Translations under genes and position numbers: made by a program | Shown here: positions 62,071 to 64,000 of the stretch, piece after piece | How the letters are laid out: every line of letters starts with the position of its first letter | Numbering within the stretch: position 1 is the stretch's first letter | Assembly (NCBI GenBank): GCA_977018835.1 | Contig: OZ361257.1 | Span: 1,178,001-1,242,000 of the forward strand | Direction of reading: 5' to 3' | Origin: Minutocellus sp. GHC0000111 | Taxonomy: Eukaryota | DNA: 64,000 nt | The notes under the pieces: generated by a model | Databases searched by the model: none | What the model saw: the letters and a program-made list of their open reading frames with translations, nothing else | Told to the model about the DNA's origin: nothing

Positions 62071-63729
62071 TCAAACATTGATATCAACTCCCTCGATCTC
62101 TTCATAATCCTTCCGTTTATCCCAAATGAGAAGGCCTCCGTAGATAATGAGTCCCAATCCAACAATGACTCCAAGAGCGATCAGTTTGGCCTTGTCTCCG
62201 TCGCCTTTGTGATATTCCACCTCGATATCTGACATGGTATCGGGCATTGCGCCACAACGGAACTTCCAGGTGCAGTGGTTACTCAAGCAATCCGTATGCT
62301 CATCACATCTGGCGCCTTCACCGAGCCGAGCGCGACAAGTTGGGGCTGCAAGTGCGAAACTGGGTTCACATCGGCCCGAGTCACATTGCTCGTCGTCTGT
62401 ACACACACATTCATTATCCATCCAACCCTTCGAGTTGGTACAACGGAAAAGCAAGCACTTTCCCGAATTGCAGTCCGAATCTTCATCGCAAGCCATGCTG
62501 GGAATTTATATATATATATATTCATTGGTAAAAGAGACAAATAGAAGTAAGAAACAGAACCCGATTAACACTTCTAAATGTCAGCTGCAAACACCACCAA
62601 CCAAGCCAGGAAAGAATCACGCAACTTACCAACTGCCAAGTTTGGGAAGGCAATTTCCAGAGTCACATCTTCCAGAATCACAATCCTTGTCCTTTTCACA
62701 ATCGTCGGCATAACAGGTGCTATAACTAAAGTGTGTCTCCTTCTTGCACTGCTGAGTTTCACATTCTACATCCTTCGTGCACATCACCGGCGACATGAAT
62801 CCGTTGGACCGGACGGGGAAGGTATTGTTGGCGTTTTTGATTAGAAACTCGATGCGATCACGATATCCCGGGTATTTCTTGGTACCCAGCATGGAATGTG
62901 CCTCGAAGCCGTCCACATTGAGTGGGGTGAACATCTCATTCGAATCTAGTCCGATGAACGCCGTTCCGGTAACATCGCCACCCAGCATGATGAAGTGACC
63001 AAATTGTTCAGTGCCCATCCCCGGTGCAAAGGGAACGGGCTGTAGATGATAGATAGGCACACAGAGAGACATGGCGATAGAAATAAATGAGCATAGTGTT
63101 TTTGACCAAACAGTTGCCCAGGGTTTACCGCATCTTTTGTCATCAAAAAGTACTCACGTCATAGGTAACCCCGACGGTACCGATGGTCGTGTCCTTGGTA
63201 TTGACGAAGCGACACCAACGCGTGGACGTCACAGGCTGGCAGGGATAGTCAATGGTCGGTGGCTCACCGAAGGTCATCACGTATGGATTCAGATGTGCCA
63301 TCCGCACGGCCGCCAGGGCGGCCACCGCACCGCCCTGACTATGACCCGCGAGGACCACGCACTCGTTCGGGTTGGAACATTTCTTGGCACATTCGTTGAG
63401 GGACCTTTCGATCTCCTCGTAGTAGGATGCATGGTAGGCATCGTAAAATCCCTGCCGGGTGTTGCAGCAGACGGAGGAATCCATGGAGGTGCACACCGGT
63501 TCCGACCGGGGGTCAAAGTTCTGGTTCCAATCCACAAAGGTGAGGGTCGTGCCGCGGAAGACGCGCCGTAGCAATACCCATCCTTCTCGGCGAACAGTGC
63601 CTGATCGGGTTCGTCGATGTAGTTCGTCAACGTGCTGCAATCGGTGCAGTTGGGCTCTGGATTGTAAACCTCTGCGGATAGTTCGGCGGACGTTTTGGCC
63701 AAAGCCATGATCTTTTGACTGAGCACCAC
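62071..63729 (-). CDS. Class 3 lipase with C-terminal Cys-rich repeats and TM anchor; introns 63040-63157 and 62498-62629; frameshift near 63563; start uncertain
   Basis: VFRGT..DW.QN, GFYDAY, LAGHSQGGAVA, TFGEP, D|PVP, HS; repeats C..D.DC.SG.C; C-terminal TM. Confidence 0.85.
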
Positions 63730-63848
63730 CTACCTCTCGGCATTGATTGACGACGACGACCGTGGTGGTGGTGTGGTGCCGCCGTGGCAGGCCTGTGCTA
63801 ATAGTGCGAGAAGGCCACGCATGGTTGCAAGGTACTCGTTGTCCTCCC

Positions 63849-63953
63849 AAACTTCCACTCTTTGACTTCAAGAATGTGTTCGTCGTCGTCTAAACTTCCA
63901 CTCTTTGACTTCGAGAAATGTGTTCGTCCCAAACTCACTCTTTGACTTCGAGA
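63849..63953. repeat. Three imperfect tandem copies of a ~40-bp unit
   Basis: aaact(tc)cactctttgacttcRaga repeated three times. Confidence 0.85.
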
Positions 63954-64000
63954 GCATGCATCCTCCGCGTCCTCATGCTCGATCAGCTCATCGGGGTGGA

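Noticed and set aside
63849..63953. CRISPR-like array
   Set aside because: The units are nearly contiguous with similar linkers, there are no cas genes, and the context is eukaryotic.
1..64000. tRNA/rRNA genes or a bacterial/viral insert
   Set aside because: None recognised by eye. Bacterial-like enzymes here carry introns or targeting peptides.

Overview
Eukaryotic nuclear DNA, most likely from a diatom (fucoxanthin-chlorophyll protein, bipartite 'ASAF(A/V)P' plastid presequences, short GT-AG introns, about 27 densely packed genes). Recognisable genes: PX-BAR sorting nexin, three glycosyltransferases (GT77-like plus fucosyltransferase-like fusion, GT64, GT49), GDP-mannose hydrolase-like Nudix, Spc24, DnaJ-TM protein, CSP41, a giant VPS13/chorein-like gene, porphobilinogen deaminase, LHC/FCP, KH protein, potato-inhibitor-I protease inhibitor, XRN exonuclease with a plastid-type presequence, IST1, a RING protein with candidate modified-DNA reader domains, a CinA/PncC-NudC fusion, GNAT, biotin ligase and a class-3 lipase with Cys-rich repeats. 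A ~3.6 kb hAT transposon with recognisable TIRs lies just upstream of hemC. The strongest window-wide signal is that roughly half of the genes are broken: six in-frame stops that each revert with one C:G>T:A change, about ten small indels (mostly in homopolymers) and one motif-removing deletion. This is either consensus error or a decaying haplotype/genome copy, and the sequence alone cannot decide which. All calls come from motif recognition by eye; no database search was run.
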